Shown here in pieces: positions 1 through 11,874 of a stretch of 64,000 bases of DNA. Origin of the DNA: Felis catus (lineage: Eukaryota); contig NC_058369.1 in NCBI RefSeq assembly GCF_018350175.1, forward strand, positions 13,578,001 through 13,642,000, written 5' to 3'. Below the pieces are notes generated by a model, which was given only the letters and a program-made list of their open reading frames with translations, did not search any database and was not told where the DNA came from. How positions within the stretch are numbered: the first letter of the stretch is position 1; every line of letters starts with the position of its first letter. The translations under genes and the position numbers were made by a program.

Positions 1-49
1 ATTTTCTTCTTGGGGAAGCTCAGTTCCAGATGGAGAAACCACCTGCCCA

Positions 50-620
50 CATTCATACTCACTCATTTATTCATTCCAAAAAAAAAAAAAAAAAAAGAAG
101 AAAGAAAAGTTCCCATTGTGCTAGAAAGAAAATGAAACTGTGTCATAGCCTGGAGAGTGATGGGGTGAGGGGGACGGATAATGTTGCTCAGGCGTAGTTA
201 GGGGCCTCTCTGAAGAGGCAACTTTGAACTGAGATCTGAAAGAAGAAGGAGCTATCCAGGAGAAAGCTAGAGCAAAAGCATACCAGGCACAGGGAACAGC
301 ATGTGCAAAGCCCCTGAGGTACGACTGAGCTGGCGGGTTTGAGGAACAGCAGAGGGGCTGGAGTGGAGTGTGGGAGATGAGTGGGTGGGGAGTTGATACA
401 GAGGCTCGGGGGTGGGATGAGGAGTTGGGAGTTGATTATGGGAGTGGACTGAGAACTTCTGAGGGATGTGAGTTGCTTTATCATTTTAAGAAGCCTCCTG
501 TGTTGATCTCAGGGCAAAGGGACGGTTGGGGGCAGGGTAAAGGCTGGGGCAGCATCTCAGCAGGTCAGGATCATGGTGGGGCCCACGGGTGGATTTGGGA
601 TATGTTTTGGAGGCTGAGAG
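50..620. mobile_element. Ancient L2 fragment
   Basis: cattcatactcactcatttattcattc and aggcacagggaacagcatgtgcaaagcccctgagg are typical L2 3'-region motifs. Similar remnants appear near 4600-5070, 26900-27310, 33700-34015, 42450-42830 and 46140-46560. Confidence 0.6.
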
Positions 621-1804
621 ATGGGCCATGGCCATGGATGTTCAAGGGGATTCAAAGGTACGTCATGATTATGATGGGTGACCAGTCCTTTACCGGATAA
701 CTAATAGCCACATAGTTACCTGGGTGGGTGGGGCCACCTGGATGGGGAAGATTGGCGGGGGTGGGGAGTATGATAATAAGGTCTTGGTTTAAATATCATG
801 TGACCCTCCCAGGGGAAGCCAGTGGAGGCGGCTGGATGTTTGGGTCTGGGCTTGTGGGGGGCCAGGCTGGTTTTAGGGTAAAACAGGAAAGACAGGCCCT
901 GTGGGGAGTGGTTGACCTTCCCCCGTCTGGACCAGGGCTGGGGCAAGCGTGGGGCACTCTCAGAGCTGTAGGCTGGAGAGGGGACGGTCCTCCTGGCCTC
1001 TCAGCCGCAGCATGAATCAAACTGCCACTCCAGACTAATTGCTTTCCCTGTTGAGAGGCTGGCAAGGGGACAGAAAGCCTCGGGGGAGGAGGGGGAAGGG
1101 CTTGGAGGGAGGCCGAGAAGCTGTCTTTCTTGCCTGTGCCCAAGATCTCGATCTGAGCCAGCCCTGGCTGCAAGCCCCGAGTCCTGCCTCTAAGACAAAC
1201 CCTAAATCTGTCTCTCGCCTGCTCCCTACTGTCCCGTGGTTCCCAGCACCCCCAGAACAAATTCTCAGAAGCCCCTGGGACCCCACCTGCCCCAGGCCCT
1301 ACCCACAGCTGCCTCTCACCTTCCTCCATCTCCCCGTAGCTCAGCTGGCCCCAACCCCACCTAAACCTGCCTCAGGACCTTTACACGTGCTCTGCCCTCT
1401 GCAGCGAACGCCCTTCCCCCAGCTCTCCCTCAAGGCTGGCTGCTGGTTTTCATTTATTCAACTTAAATGTCACCTCCTGGGAGATGCCCTTCCTGCCCAG
1501 CCTGCAGTGTCATTCCCACTGACCCGTCCCCAAATCCTATTCTTTTTGTTAGTTGGACATCCAACTCCCCAGCCTGTGAGCCTCCACGTCCCCCATGCCC
1601 AAAGCTGGGCCCAAAGCATAGTAGATGTTCCATGTGCAGGTAGAATGACTGATGCTGTAAATTGTGTGCTTTGGGGGAACACGGGGGGGGGTCCCCTCTG
1701 CACAGAGGAAGAAGGTGTGGCTCAGAGAAGGATCTGGCTGCCAGGGCTCGCTGGGGCCTGACCAGGGCCTTCCCACACACCACGTTAAAAAGGAGGGATG
1801 GGAG

Positions 1805-2020
1805 GGGGTGTCTGGGTGACTCAGTTGGCTAAGCGTCCGACTTCAGCCAGGTCGTGATCTCGCGGTCCGTGAGTTCGAGCCCCGTGTCAGGCTCTGGGCT
1901 GATGGCTCGGAGCCTGGAGCCTGGTTCCGATTCTGTGTCTCCCTCTCTCTCTGCCCCTCCCCCGCTCATGCTCTGTCTCTCTCTGTCTCAAAAATAAATA
2001 AAGACATTTAAAAAAAAAAA
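1805..2020 (+). mobile_element. Can-SINE (felid SINEC_Fc type)
   Basis: tRNA-derived head (gggtgactcagttgg...gagttcgagccc), (CT)n tract, AATAAA and poly-A tail. Confidence 0.92.
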
Positions 2021-2059
2021 AGAGGAACGGGAGGATCTTGGGTGGTAGAAACATTGGGG

Positions 2060-2270
2060 GGCTCAGCAGTGGGGTTCAGGGTGCAGACAAGGGTCCCGAA
2101 GGCCCGGGTTCAAATCTCAGTTGGCCACTCACTTTGAGGGAGGGATAGCCTCTCTGTGCCTCAGTTTCCTCATCTGCAAACTGGGACTACCCTCATCCTT
2201 ATTCTCCTTGCATAGACAGCTGGGCTGTGGATAAATGAGTTAAGGCATGCGGGACCTTGCCTGCTGCAGG
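2060..2270. mobile_element. MIR element
   Basis: MIR core ctctgtgcctcagtttcctcatctgcaaactggg. Similar cores near 9040, 9655, 25865, 30255, 38320 and 58470. Confidence 0.7.
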
Positions 2271-2790
2271 GGACCAGCTCAAACCACAGGGGACCTCTCT
2301 CAAACCACACAATTTTAGCCCCCGCCCTTTTTTTTAATATAAGCAAACAGAGTTCCAGTTTATCAGTCACTCAGGCCTTGGTGATCAGCCTGGGATTCAA
2401 AGTCAGCCCGTGCTGGGTTCTCTGCATACTACCTCAGTTTCCCAGAGTGAGGTCGTTGGCCCCGTCCCTAAGGTGTGACCTCCTACCCTCCCTGGACTGA
2501 GGGCGCCCAGGCCTCCTTTCCTTGGGCAGTCAAAACCTCGCATCCAGACCCCGAGGCTCCCTGCTGCTCCCTCCTCCTCTACTGGCCTCCTGCTCCTAAA
2601 GGCACTGGCTGCGGCCCTGGGCCGGACACCTGGATTGCATCCCAGACTCCTAGTGACCTCTCTGGGCCTCGGTTTCCCTATCTGTCAGTGGGCCCCCAGG
2701 CAACTCTGGGTGTTTCCAGTAGGGGACATACTGTGACCCCCTCCCCGACAACCTGGACAGCCCGCCCCCCAGCCCCCAGCCCCCACTCAC

Positions 2791-2832
2791 CTCACTGAGC
2801 AGGAAGGACAGTGCTGTCCCGCTGCGCCTCAT
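2791..2832 (-). CDS. PDE4C: First coding exon of a long PDE4C (cAMP phosphodiesterase 4C) isoform, MRRSGTALSFLLSE; the rest of the gene lies beyond the left edge of the window
   Basis: ATG at 2832, 14 codons, then consensus donor GAG|GTGAGT (2790-2785); possible acceptor upstream at 2847-2846. The peptide matches my recollection of the mouse PDE4C N-terminus (MRRSGTALSFLWTE) and the 14-codon first exons of PDE4B1/PDE4D7. Synteny fits. Confidence 0.75.
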
Positions 2833-3599
2833 CCTGCAGGCATCTCTGAGCCCGGGGAGACAGATGTGAGATCCCTGAGGCCCCGAGAGCCCAGCCGTAC
2901 CCCTGTGAGACTCCCCCCAGACAGGGGGCTCATCCCACACCTTGTACCCTCTCTCAGAGCTCGCAGATACTCAATCAAGGTAGCCCGGGCCACACCACAG
3001 GCGCCAGTGTGGGACACCCCCCCCCAGAACTCTGCGGGGGCCCCTATCCAGGGACAGCAGGCCCCGATGCCTACGCACACTCCCCAAGCCTCCTGCTCCC
3101 TCCGTGCCAGGGTCAGCAGCCTTGGACCTTCAGGAAGAAGTCCCCTGGCCCCGGGCCCCATGGGGGACCATTCAGCTCCCAGCCCAGCTCTGATGGATTC
3201 AGGGACCCAAGTCCACTGGCTGAGAACTCCCCACACTCACACAAGGCCCTGCTAGGCCCCGGGCAGGCCTGGCACCCACTGCCACCGCTGAGTCCTGCCT
3301 GAGTCCCGTGACCTCCCTGGGAGCGGAGGAAGGGAGGACTGGACCTGCCCAAGTGGGCGGCTCAGGGTCCCCCCCCCCATCCCGGCGGAACCCCTTAACT
3401 GTCTGAGTGCCAGGCTCAGACAGGACACACCCATATACCACCCTGAGGACAGAGCCAGGGGGTGGCAGGCAGAGTGACGGGGGAGAGTGTGGGGTTGTTC
3501 CCAACATGGAGTGTGACCAAGTGTATGTGTGTGTGAAGGGGGAGGTAGGCTCAGGGAGGGCGGGGTGTTAGGTTTACTTGTTCCTGTGTTTGTAAGAGG

Positions 3600-3720
3600 G
3601 ACAGAGAGATGGAAACATGAAGAGCCAAAGAAAGAGAAAGAGAGAAAGAAAGGGAGAGACACACAGAGACAAAAAGAGACAGATAGGGAGAGACAGAGAG
3701 GAGAGACAGAGAGAGGTGCA
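3600..3720. repeat. GA-rich low-complexity tract
   Basis: Degenerate (GA)n/(GACA)n sequence. Confidence 0.8.
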
Positions 3721-5118
3721 GATTTGAGTAAGAATGGAAAGATTTTACCCGCTCAGGGTCTGGGACACATGCTTCACAGCATAGCCCATGAGGTGTGGCC
3801 TCAGGAGTTTGGGGGTGGCCCTCTGGGGGGTCCCTGGAGGCTCCAGGAAAGCTGGTCACTGCGCTGTGCCACTCTAGGCAGATCGATGACCCTCTCTGGT
3901 CAATGCCCTCTTCACAAACAGCGGGGACTGGAGCTTCAGTGGAACCAGCACCCCCCCCCCCCACCCTGGGGTTGGGTGGGAGGGGCTGTGGCCAGAGGAA
4001 AGGGGTTTGTGTGGTGCTGTCACCTCTTGAGCTACTGCAGGTTAATGTGTCACCAGAACAGCCGCCTGCCGGGGAGGCCCTGCCGTCCCTCTGCCCCCAA
4101 AAATCACTAGAGCATGACCCTGTCCCCGGGGCAGGCTTCACCCCCCCCCCCCATGCTGTGTGACCTTGACCTCCCACCTCTGTCACCACCCATTTCACAG
4201 AAGGGTAAACCCAGCCTTGAGGGGGCAGCTCCAGGCCGGAGTCCTGGCCAAGGCATAGCCTGGAGCCTCCATATCCCACTCTGGCTAGAGAAGCCCGGAT
4301 AGTCCCGGGGATGGGGTCGGTGGGAGCAGGAAGAACCCACTGACCCACCAAAGGTCCCAGCCCCAGGCCTGCCGCTCCCTGGACCGTTTTCCCTCCTGCA
4401 CAATGGGAGGAGAGAGTGGGGCCCAGGCTCAGGAAGCAGGGCCGAGGTGGGGGAGCCATTGTGCCTCCATGTTTTCTGTGTGCTTCTGGTGTCTTCCTGC
4501 CCCCAAGCCTTTGCACAGGCCGTGCCTGCCTCCTGGAGAGCCTTCTCCCCCTGCTGCTTTGTCCGCCTCAAGCCTGGAAGCAGGACCTACTAGATTCTGG
4601 AACTTCCTGGCTGGAAACTCCCCCGTGATGTAAAGCTGGTCTGAGCTGGTAAAATCTTTCCATTCTAAGACACACACTCCTTCGCACAGCCAGCGCGGCC
4701 CCCCACTCGCGTCTCCCTTATCCTACTCCAACTTCACTTACTTCCGTGTTGTTTCCCAAACGTCGCGAGTTCTTCCTACCGCAGGACATTTGCATTTGCT
4801 GTGCCTGTTTCCTGGGATCCCCTCCCAGCTTTCTCCAGGGTGGCTCCTTCCCACCACCCCTCACCGCCCTCTCAGGAAACCTGGACGCAAGGGCCCTTGT
4901 GATTCGGCCACAACCCCAGTCTGTGACTCCGTGACCCTCTTCGCCGCCTGAAGTGATGTCATTTGATTCCCTGGCTATTGTCTGTCCCCATATTTGAGAC
5001 TGTGGGCCCCACGAGGGTGGAGAAATGGTCCCCACTATGACCCCAGCACATAGCAGACACTCAGAAGCGTTTGTCACAGCAGTCCATGACTCGGGAGGCC
5101 ACAGAGGAACACAAAGGC

Positions 5119-5124
5119 TTTATT
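5119..5124 (-). terminator. Polyadenylation signal of CIST1
   Basis: tttatt on + equals AATAAA on -, about 70 nt after the last-exon TGA. Confidence 0.6.
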
Positions 5125-5194
5125 CTGGCAAGCCTAGCCCCTCCCCAGGTGCTCTACCCCGTCCAAGCCCCCTTCTCCCTTGGCCCCACGGAGA

Positions 5195-5242
5195 TCACTC
5201 TGGTGGGTGATGGGCAAAGGAGGACCTTTGGCTCGCTGTCTC
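5195..5242 (-). pseudogene. CIST1: Probable ancestral last coding exon of CIST1 (ETASQRSSFAHHPPE*), now downstream of the TAG at 5361-5363
   Basis: 97-nt intron 5243-5339 with GT donor and ttcctcccccAG acceptor, phase 0, in frame with KLNEMST; TGA at 5197-5195; AATAAA follows. Confidence 0.55.
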
Positions 5243-5360
5243 CTGGGGGAGGAACACACACGAGAGAACGTTCAGGCACGAGCAGGGTCTGCAGCAGGGA
5301 CTTGGGAGGGCAATCCCTCCAGCCCAGCCCCCACCTCACCGTGGACATCTCATTCAGCTT

Positions 5361-5570
<210 letters not shown>

Positions 5571-5624
5571 CTACATCCCTTCCAGGAAGCCGTGTTCACT
5601 TCCCTCTCCTGTTGCTGCTGCGAC

Positions 5625-6080
5625 TTTCTTTTAAATTTATTTATTTATTTTGAGAGAGAGAGCGCGTGGGAGGGGCAGAGAGAGAGAGAGAGAAAGAGAA
5701 CCCCAAGCAGGCTCTGCACTGTCAGCGCAGAGCCCGACTGGGGGCTTGAACTCTCAAACTGAGAGACCCATGACCGGAGCACACATCAAGAGTCGGACGC
5801 TCAACCGACTGAGCCACCCAGGCGCCCTGCTGCTGTAACTTTTTTTTTTTTTTAATATAGTTTTTTAACAATGTTTTTAATGCTCATTTATTTTTAAGAG
5901 AGAGAGAGACAGAGCGTGAGCAGGGGAGGGGCAGAGAAAGAGGGAGACACAGAATCTGAAACAGGCCGCGGGCTCTGAACTGTCAGCACAGAGCCAGACG
6001 TGGGGCTCGAACTCCCAAACCATGAGATCGTGACCTGAGCGGAAGTTGGACGCTCAACCAACTGAGCCACGCAGGCGCCC
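5625..6080 (-). mobile_element. Two tandem Can-SINEs (~5625-5826 and ~5873-6080)
   Basis: Poly-T and (GA)n followed by ...actgagccac(c/g)caggcgccc, twice. Confidence 0.9.
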
Positions 6081-6692
6081 CTGTAACTTTTTTTAAAGCA
6101 CGATTTTCTCCTTTCCCTTTTGAAAATCATTTGTCTATAAGGAACTCATTCAGTGCTCTGTGTTTTTTGCTGCCCTCGTTGGGGACTCTCAGGAGTTCTT
6201 GCCAAGTGAGAAAAAGCAAATCTAGGATTCTGTTCCCAAATGCAGCGACGTTCTGATGATGCCTGCAAAATTTGAGCCTTTGTGAGGCTGGTTTCCATCC
6301 TAGGACTTCAGACAGGTCATTACACTTTGTGTCACGCTGTTCTTTGGACATTTGAGACAACACACTGTTCTGAATGACGGGTTTTTTTTTTTCTAGACCC
6401 CCTAGAAATGCTTGGCTTCTACTGAACCCCCAGGGCCCTGTCTGGCCATGCTCTGCAACTACCCTACCCTCCCTGCTGCCACCAGTATCCCCACTCATCC
6501 ACCCCACTCACTCGGTCGGTCCCAACCCTGTCACTGGCCCTCAGATGCGCCAGGCACAGTCCTACCTCAGGACCTTTTCATGGGCCGTGCCAGCTACCCG
6601 GGCTGCTCTCCGGCTAGATACCTGTGTGACTGCCTCCTTCACCTCCTTTAAACTGAGACATTTGCTAACTGTTCTTTAAAAATTTCAATCCT

Positions 6693-7250
6693 AGGGGCGC
6701 CTGGGTGGCTCAGTCGGTTGAGCGTCCGACTTCCGCTCAGGTGATAATCTCACAGGTCATGAGGTCAAGCCCCGCGTCGGGCTCTGTGCTGACAGCTCGG
6801 AGGCTGGAGCCTGNNNNNNNNNNNNNNNNNNNNNNNNNNNNNNNNNNNNNNNNNNNNNNNNNNNNNNNNNNNNNNNNNNNNNNNNNNNNNNNNNNNNNNN
6901 NNNNNNNNNNNNNNNNNNNNNNNNNNNNNNNNNNNNNNNNNGGGTACCTGGATGGCTCAGTCGGTTAAGCATCTGACTCTTGATTTTGGCTCAGGTCATG
7001 ATCTCATGGTTTGTGAGTTCAAGCCCCACATCGGGCTCTGGGCTGACAGCACAGAGCCTGCTAGGATTCTCTCTCTCTCTCCCTCTCTCTCTCTGCCCCT
7101 CTCCCTGCTCCTCCTCTCTTTCTCAAAATAAATACATTTTTAAAAACTAAAAATGTCAATCCTAGTACGGGACTCTTGATCTCCGGGTCGTGAGTTTGAG
7201 CCCCACACTGGGGGCAGAGATTACTTAACAGTTAAAAGTTTAAAACAAAT
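6693..7250 (+). mobile_element. Can-SINE cluster (two copies, one partly N-masked, plus an older fragment at 7170-7250)
   Basis: ggggcgcctgggtggctcagtcgg-type heads at 6694 and 6942; TSD-like aaaat(t/g)tcaatcctag flanks the pair. Confidence 0.85.
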
Positions 7251-7519
7251 TTCAATACACTTGTATTCATATTCTGACCCCTTATTGTGCTTATCTTGTT
7301 CTTTTATAAACAAATCAAGAATTTACTTATAACCTGTCTCCCAACAAAGTTGTGTCTCACAGGACCTGATACACACTAGGTGCTTAATAAATGTGCATAG
7401 AAGAAAGAAGGTCTGAGCGGCTTTAGGTGATACCCGGTAGAGTGGGGAGAAGCCCTTCTCCACACATTCTCAGGTCTGTGTCTCTCCCTGGTGGCTAATC
7501 CCAGAACTGCAGCCTGCTA

Positions 7520-8263
<744 letters not shown>

Positions 8264-8368
8264 AGTCTGCCGCTACACTCGAGGTGCTGCCGTGGATAGT
8301 AGCGGCCGGTGGTTTCCACTGAGCTCGAGGAGCCGAAGCTGGGAAGCTCGGTTCTCCGTCCTGCTCGC
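8264..8368 (-). pseudogene. Stranded 5' part of ancestral CIST1 exon 2 (EQDGEPSFPASAPRAQWKPPAATIHGSTSSVAAD)
   Basis: Removing the LTR and one TSD joins ...GCA GAC T to CC AAC..., in frame with exon 2. It is preceded by a polypyrimidine tract ending in TG rather than AG (8370-8369). Confidence 0.65.
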
Positions 8369-8942
8369 CAAGAGCACGGAAAAAAAAAATAACACTGGAG
8401 GGAAAACTCACTGAGGGGGCAGGGAGGGGATGGTTAGGGACAAGGGGGTGTGGCCTCAGGCCCAGCCCCTCTCCGGAGGCCTCCCCGTTATCCCAGATGG
8501 TAAACACCTGCCTCTCGGGAGACCTGGAGGACTTGGCGAACCACGTGAGTGCTCCGTGGGAAGCGGGAGGCGCCCTTGTCTGAAGTTCTACAGCCAAAGT
8601 TACAGCCCGGGTGGGGCCCTCCCCGCCCCCACTCTTGCGTCGGGGCTCTGAAGGCCTCGGTATATAGGGAATGGCTGCAACCCANNNNNNNNNNNNNNNN
8701 NNNNNNNNNNNNNNNNNNNNNNNNNNNNNNNNNNNNNNNNNNNNNNNNNNNNNNNNNNNNNNNNNNNNNNNNNNNNNNNNNNNNNNNNNNNNNNNNNNNN
8801 NNNNNNNNNNNNNNNNNNNNNNNNNNNNNNNNNNNNNNNNNNNNNNNNNNNNNNNNNNNNNNNNNNNNNNNNNNNNNNNNNNNNNNNNNNNNNNNNNNNN
8901 NNNNNNNNNNNNNNNNNNNNNNNNNNNNNNNNNNNNNNNNNN

Positions 8943-9013
8943 TGTGGGGCTTGAAATCACCACCCTGAGACCAGGAGTCTCATGCTCCACCAACTGAGCC
9001 AGCCAGGCGACCC
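8943..9013 (-). mobile_element. Can-SINE 5' part (remainder in N gap)
   Basis: ggggcttgaaatcaccaccctgaga...actgagccagccaggcg. Confidence 0.75.
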
Positions 9014-9880
9014 TGGGGAACCCTTCTAAACCTTCTGGGACTCAGTTTCTTCCTCTGTAAAGTGTAAGTCGAGCCTCTGAGCGCTCACACAGATTTGGCA
9101 CATAGTGGGTGGTCAGGTGCACAGATCCACCTCCAAGCCCCCGGGGAGGATCAGCCCTAATCTTCTTCATCAGGTACCTGGAAGGTCCCCAAGGCTAAAC
9201 TCAGAGTCTTAAATGAGAGGTTGGTTCTGAGGTCTCTGGCTCTGGGAACAATCCGTGGTTTGGGGCTCTGGAAATTACCTTGCTCTGTTCCAGCCACTCC
9301 CTGGCTCCTACCCCATCCCAGGCACTGAGCCCAGGAGCTAGAATGAGGGTGGGGGAATATTTTGTGGGCCACGTCCCACAAGGACTTCCTAGTTCCAGGC
9401 TGCTAGGCACCTTAGCTGCTTGTGAGCTCGTTTATCAACGGCTCCTTGCCCCACCCTACCTACTCTGCCCCGGGCGAATCTTTGTGCTTCCTCCCTCACC
9501 TCACCTCCGGCAGCAAAAATGCGGAAATAACCTCAGGCGCCAAGAGGGGGCTGGGTCAACACGCACACCCCTAATTCTCTGTCCAGGCTCCCAGGCTCTG
9601 TGGGATGCCAGAGAAGTCTAGCAGAGGCATGGTGCACTGGCCTGACTTCATTCCCATTTTACAGATGGGGGACTAAGGCTCAGAATGGTTGGGAACCTGG
9701 CCCAAGGTGACTGGGAAGGTGGGAAGAGGGCCCCTTAAGGACCACCAAGGAGTCAAGGATGAAGAGGCCAGCCTCCCCAAACTGCTTCCTGTCATCATTT
9801 TTTAGGTATTTCTGCTGAAATGAAGATGACTCAGGGCCACAGTGGACCCCAAGCCAAGCCAGAACTCTGGGGAGCTGAAC

Positions 9881-10015
9881 TTTTTTTTTTTTTTAAGTAG
9901 GCTTCACATGCAGCAAAGAGCCCAAGGGGTGGGGGCGCGGGGGGAAGAGACGGGCTTGAACTCGTGACCCTTCAAGAGTCGGACCCTTAACTGACTAAGC
10001 CACCCAGGTGCCCCA
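9881..10015 (-). mobile_element. Short Can-SINE
   Basis: Poly-T followed by aagtaggcttcac...gccacccaggtgcccc. Confidence 0.8.
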
Positions 10016-10896
10016 AGGGAGCTGAACGTTTTAAAGTCAACCGAGGAAAACCAGTGCTTGAAAGAGGAGGTGGAGGACGACACAAGCTCTGCTGAGTGCC
10101 GGGGACAGAGTAGACAGGTGCTCCTGAGCTGCCGGAGAGCTGACCAGAAGGTGAAGTGAAATTGGATCCAGGCACTGTGCCGGGAGTTTGCTTTGCCCGG
10201 AGTGCCCTAGACCAGGAGGCTGGCAAGAGCCAAGGCATCTGGTTCTACTCTGGGCCTGGCACAGCTGGGAGACTCGCCTCGCCTGAGCCTCAGTTTCCTG
10301 AGCTCTGCAGGGGGGATACATGTGGTGCCTTCGGAGTGAAGCCCTTGCCCGCAGTGGGAATCCCGGGCGTGGTGGCCTCCGTTCTTGACGTTCTAGGGCT
10401 GAGGCCGGGGCATGGGTCAGAGAGAGCCATGACTCGGTGGGACAAGGAGGGCTGGGGGGGAGGGCTGCGGGTTCAACTCTTCTGCAGCCCGGGGACCGTC
10501 TTACAGGGCGGCAGAAGGAAATCAAGTCAGGCGCCAAGAACCTCTCCTGGGAGCCATCAATGCTTAGTGACCAGGAAGTGAGCCCTTACGTGCCCCCCAC
10601 TATGGCCCTGGGGCCCTCACTCCTCTCCCCTTGGGGGCTACAAGAAACTGAGGTTTGAAACAGAACCTCAAACTGGGTATGGAGGCCCCCACCAGCCTCT
10701 TGCTGGTTCAGATCATCAGCAGAGTGGCAGCGTCCCACTTTGCTTCTGAGAGGGGCGGCCCTTCACGTGGTGGGGGAAGGCTGGGGGGGGGGGGTGGTCT
10801 GAAGGAGGGATTCAGAAGCCAAGTGTGTTCCTGAGCCATACGCCCCCCCCCCCTCCAGCTTCCCCAAAGCCAGGCCTCCTTGTCACCTGTTCTTAC

Positions 10897-10987
10897 CTCT
10901 AGAGGCGACAGGGGCAAGGGAGGGATTCCCCAGCAGCAGCACCAGAGACAGCGGCAGAAGTGGCGAGGGCAGCTGGGAGCCCGCCAT
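10897..10987 (-). CDS. CIST1: Exon 1 of a small mucin-like single-pass membrane protein (probable CIST1/LOC729966 orthologue); encodes the signal peptide
   Basis: ATG at 10987; MAGSQLPSPLLPLSLVLLLGNPSLAPVASR has a hydrophobic signal-like core; donor AG|GTAAGA at 10896, phase 1. The symbol rests on position between PDE4C and IQCN (recalled synteny) and on protein architecture. Confidence 0.72.
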
Positions 10988-10989
10988 TC

Positions 10990-11350
10990 CAGGGCAGGGA
11001 GGGCGAAAGGCGGGCTCGGCACAGGTGTGTGGCACGCGCACGCGCACGCGCACGCGCCCCCTGCCTGCGGCGCGTGGGGCTGGGCACAGGTGGGGCAGAG
11101 GTGGGGCCTCCACCTGGACCCCCCCGCCTCTCCTACAAACCCCACCTGGACCATGACCCTGAAGCCGTCCAACTCTCCCTATCCCCTCAACTCTGCGGCC
11201 CCCTCCGTAGCGGCCCCAAATCCATGCTGTCCCCGCCCCGCCCCTCCTCTGTCCGGGCCGCCCCCCTCTGGGGCAGCCCCCTCACTCTCTCTCTCTGCCC
11301 GGTTCCTGCCCCAACAGCCTGGGTGGGTCTGTCTGGCTCGCTCTCTCACC
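10990..11350 (-). promoter_or_regulatory. CpG-rich 5' UTR/promoter region of CIST1
   Basis: CpG-dense; GC boxes near 11230-11265; (CACGCG)n run at 11033-11057 directly upstream of the ATG exon. Confidence 0.5.
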
Positions 11351-11409
11351 AAGACTGGGGGTGAGAGAGAAAGGCAGGCTACACTTCCCCAATCGGGAAG
11401 TGGCTGGAA

Positions 11410-11700
11410 ACTCCTAGCATTTCCTGAAGGGGGCACCCATGCATACGCCCGTAGGATTTTCTAGGGGCAGGGAACTCATGGTGGCCATTCTGGACCGGGT
11501 CCCCGGACACTGGCTTCTGGAATGTGCTGGGGACCGCTTCCATCTGGAACTGACTGGACTCCCCTCCATTAGCCACGGATAGACACGGTGACGTATGTGA
11601 GGCCACCCTGTCGGCCCTGACCTCTAGAAAAGATTTAGGGTCCCTCTCCCGGCTGCAGAACCCAGGTGCCGACTGCACGGTTGGAAGCTTTGGGGCCCCT
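11410..11700 (-). repeat. Diverged local duplicate of IQCN coding segment ~13115-13415
   Basis: Collinear exact blocks: ctagcatttcc (11414/13119), taggattttctag (11452/13157), atgtgaggccaccctg (11595/13297). Translations share RVASH, FQxEAVPxT, KPxSGDPxQ, RKSY and EML. Confidence 0.85.
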
Positions 11701-11806
11701 CCCATCCAAGATGTTCCAGAGCCTCTCAATTCCTCCCCCCCCACCCCAGCCACACCCAAGACACCCCCACGAGCACAGGTGGACCAAGACTCAGGCTGTG
11801 GAGGGC

Positions 11807-11812
11807 TTTATT
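11807..11812 (-). terminator. Polyadenylation signal of IQCN
   Basis: AATAAA on the minus strand about 60 nt after the IQCN stop codon. Confidence 0.7.
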
Positions 11813-11874
11813 CACTAGACCCTAAGAGCCACATTGCCCCTCTCCTGGTGTCCCCCCACCAGTCGGTCAATGTC

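Noticed and set aside
716-860. NIQPPPLA peptide resembling the PDE4D7/PDE4B1 second exon, with a nearby donor-like site
   Set aside because: Short match followed by a stop, no convincing in-frame acceptor, and it does not match the recalled mouse PDE4C second exon; probably chance.
1805-1885. tRNA-like A/B-box sequences
   Set aside because: They are the tRNA-derived heads of Can-SINEs, not tRNA genes.
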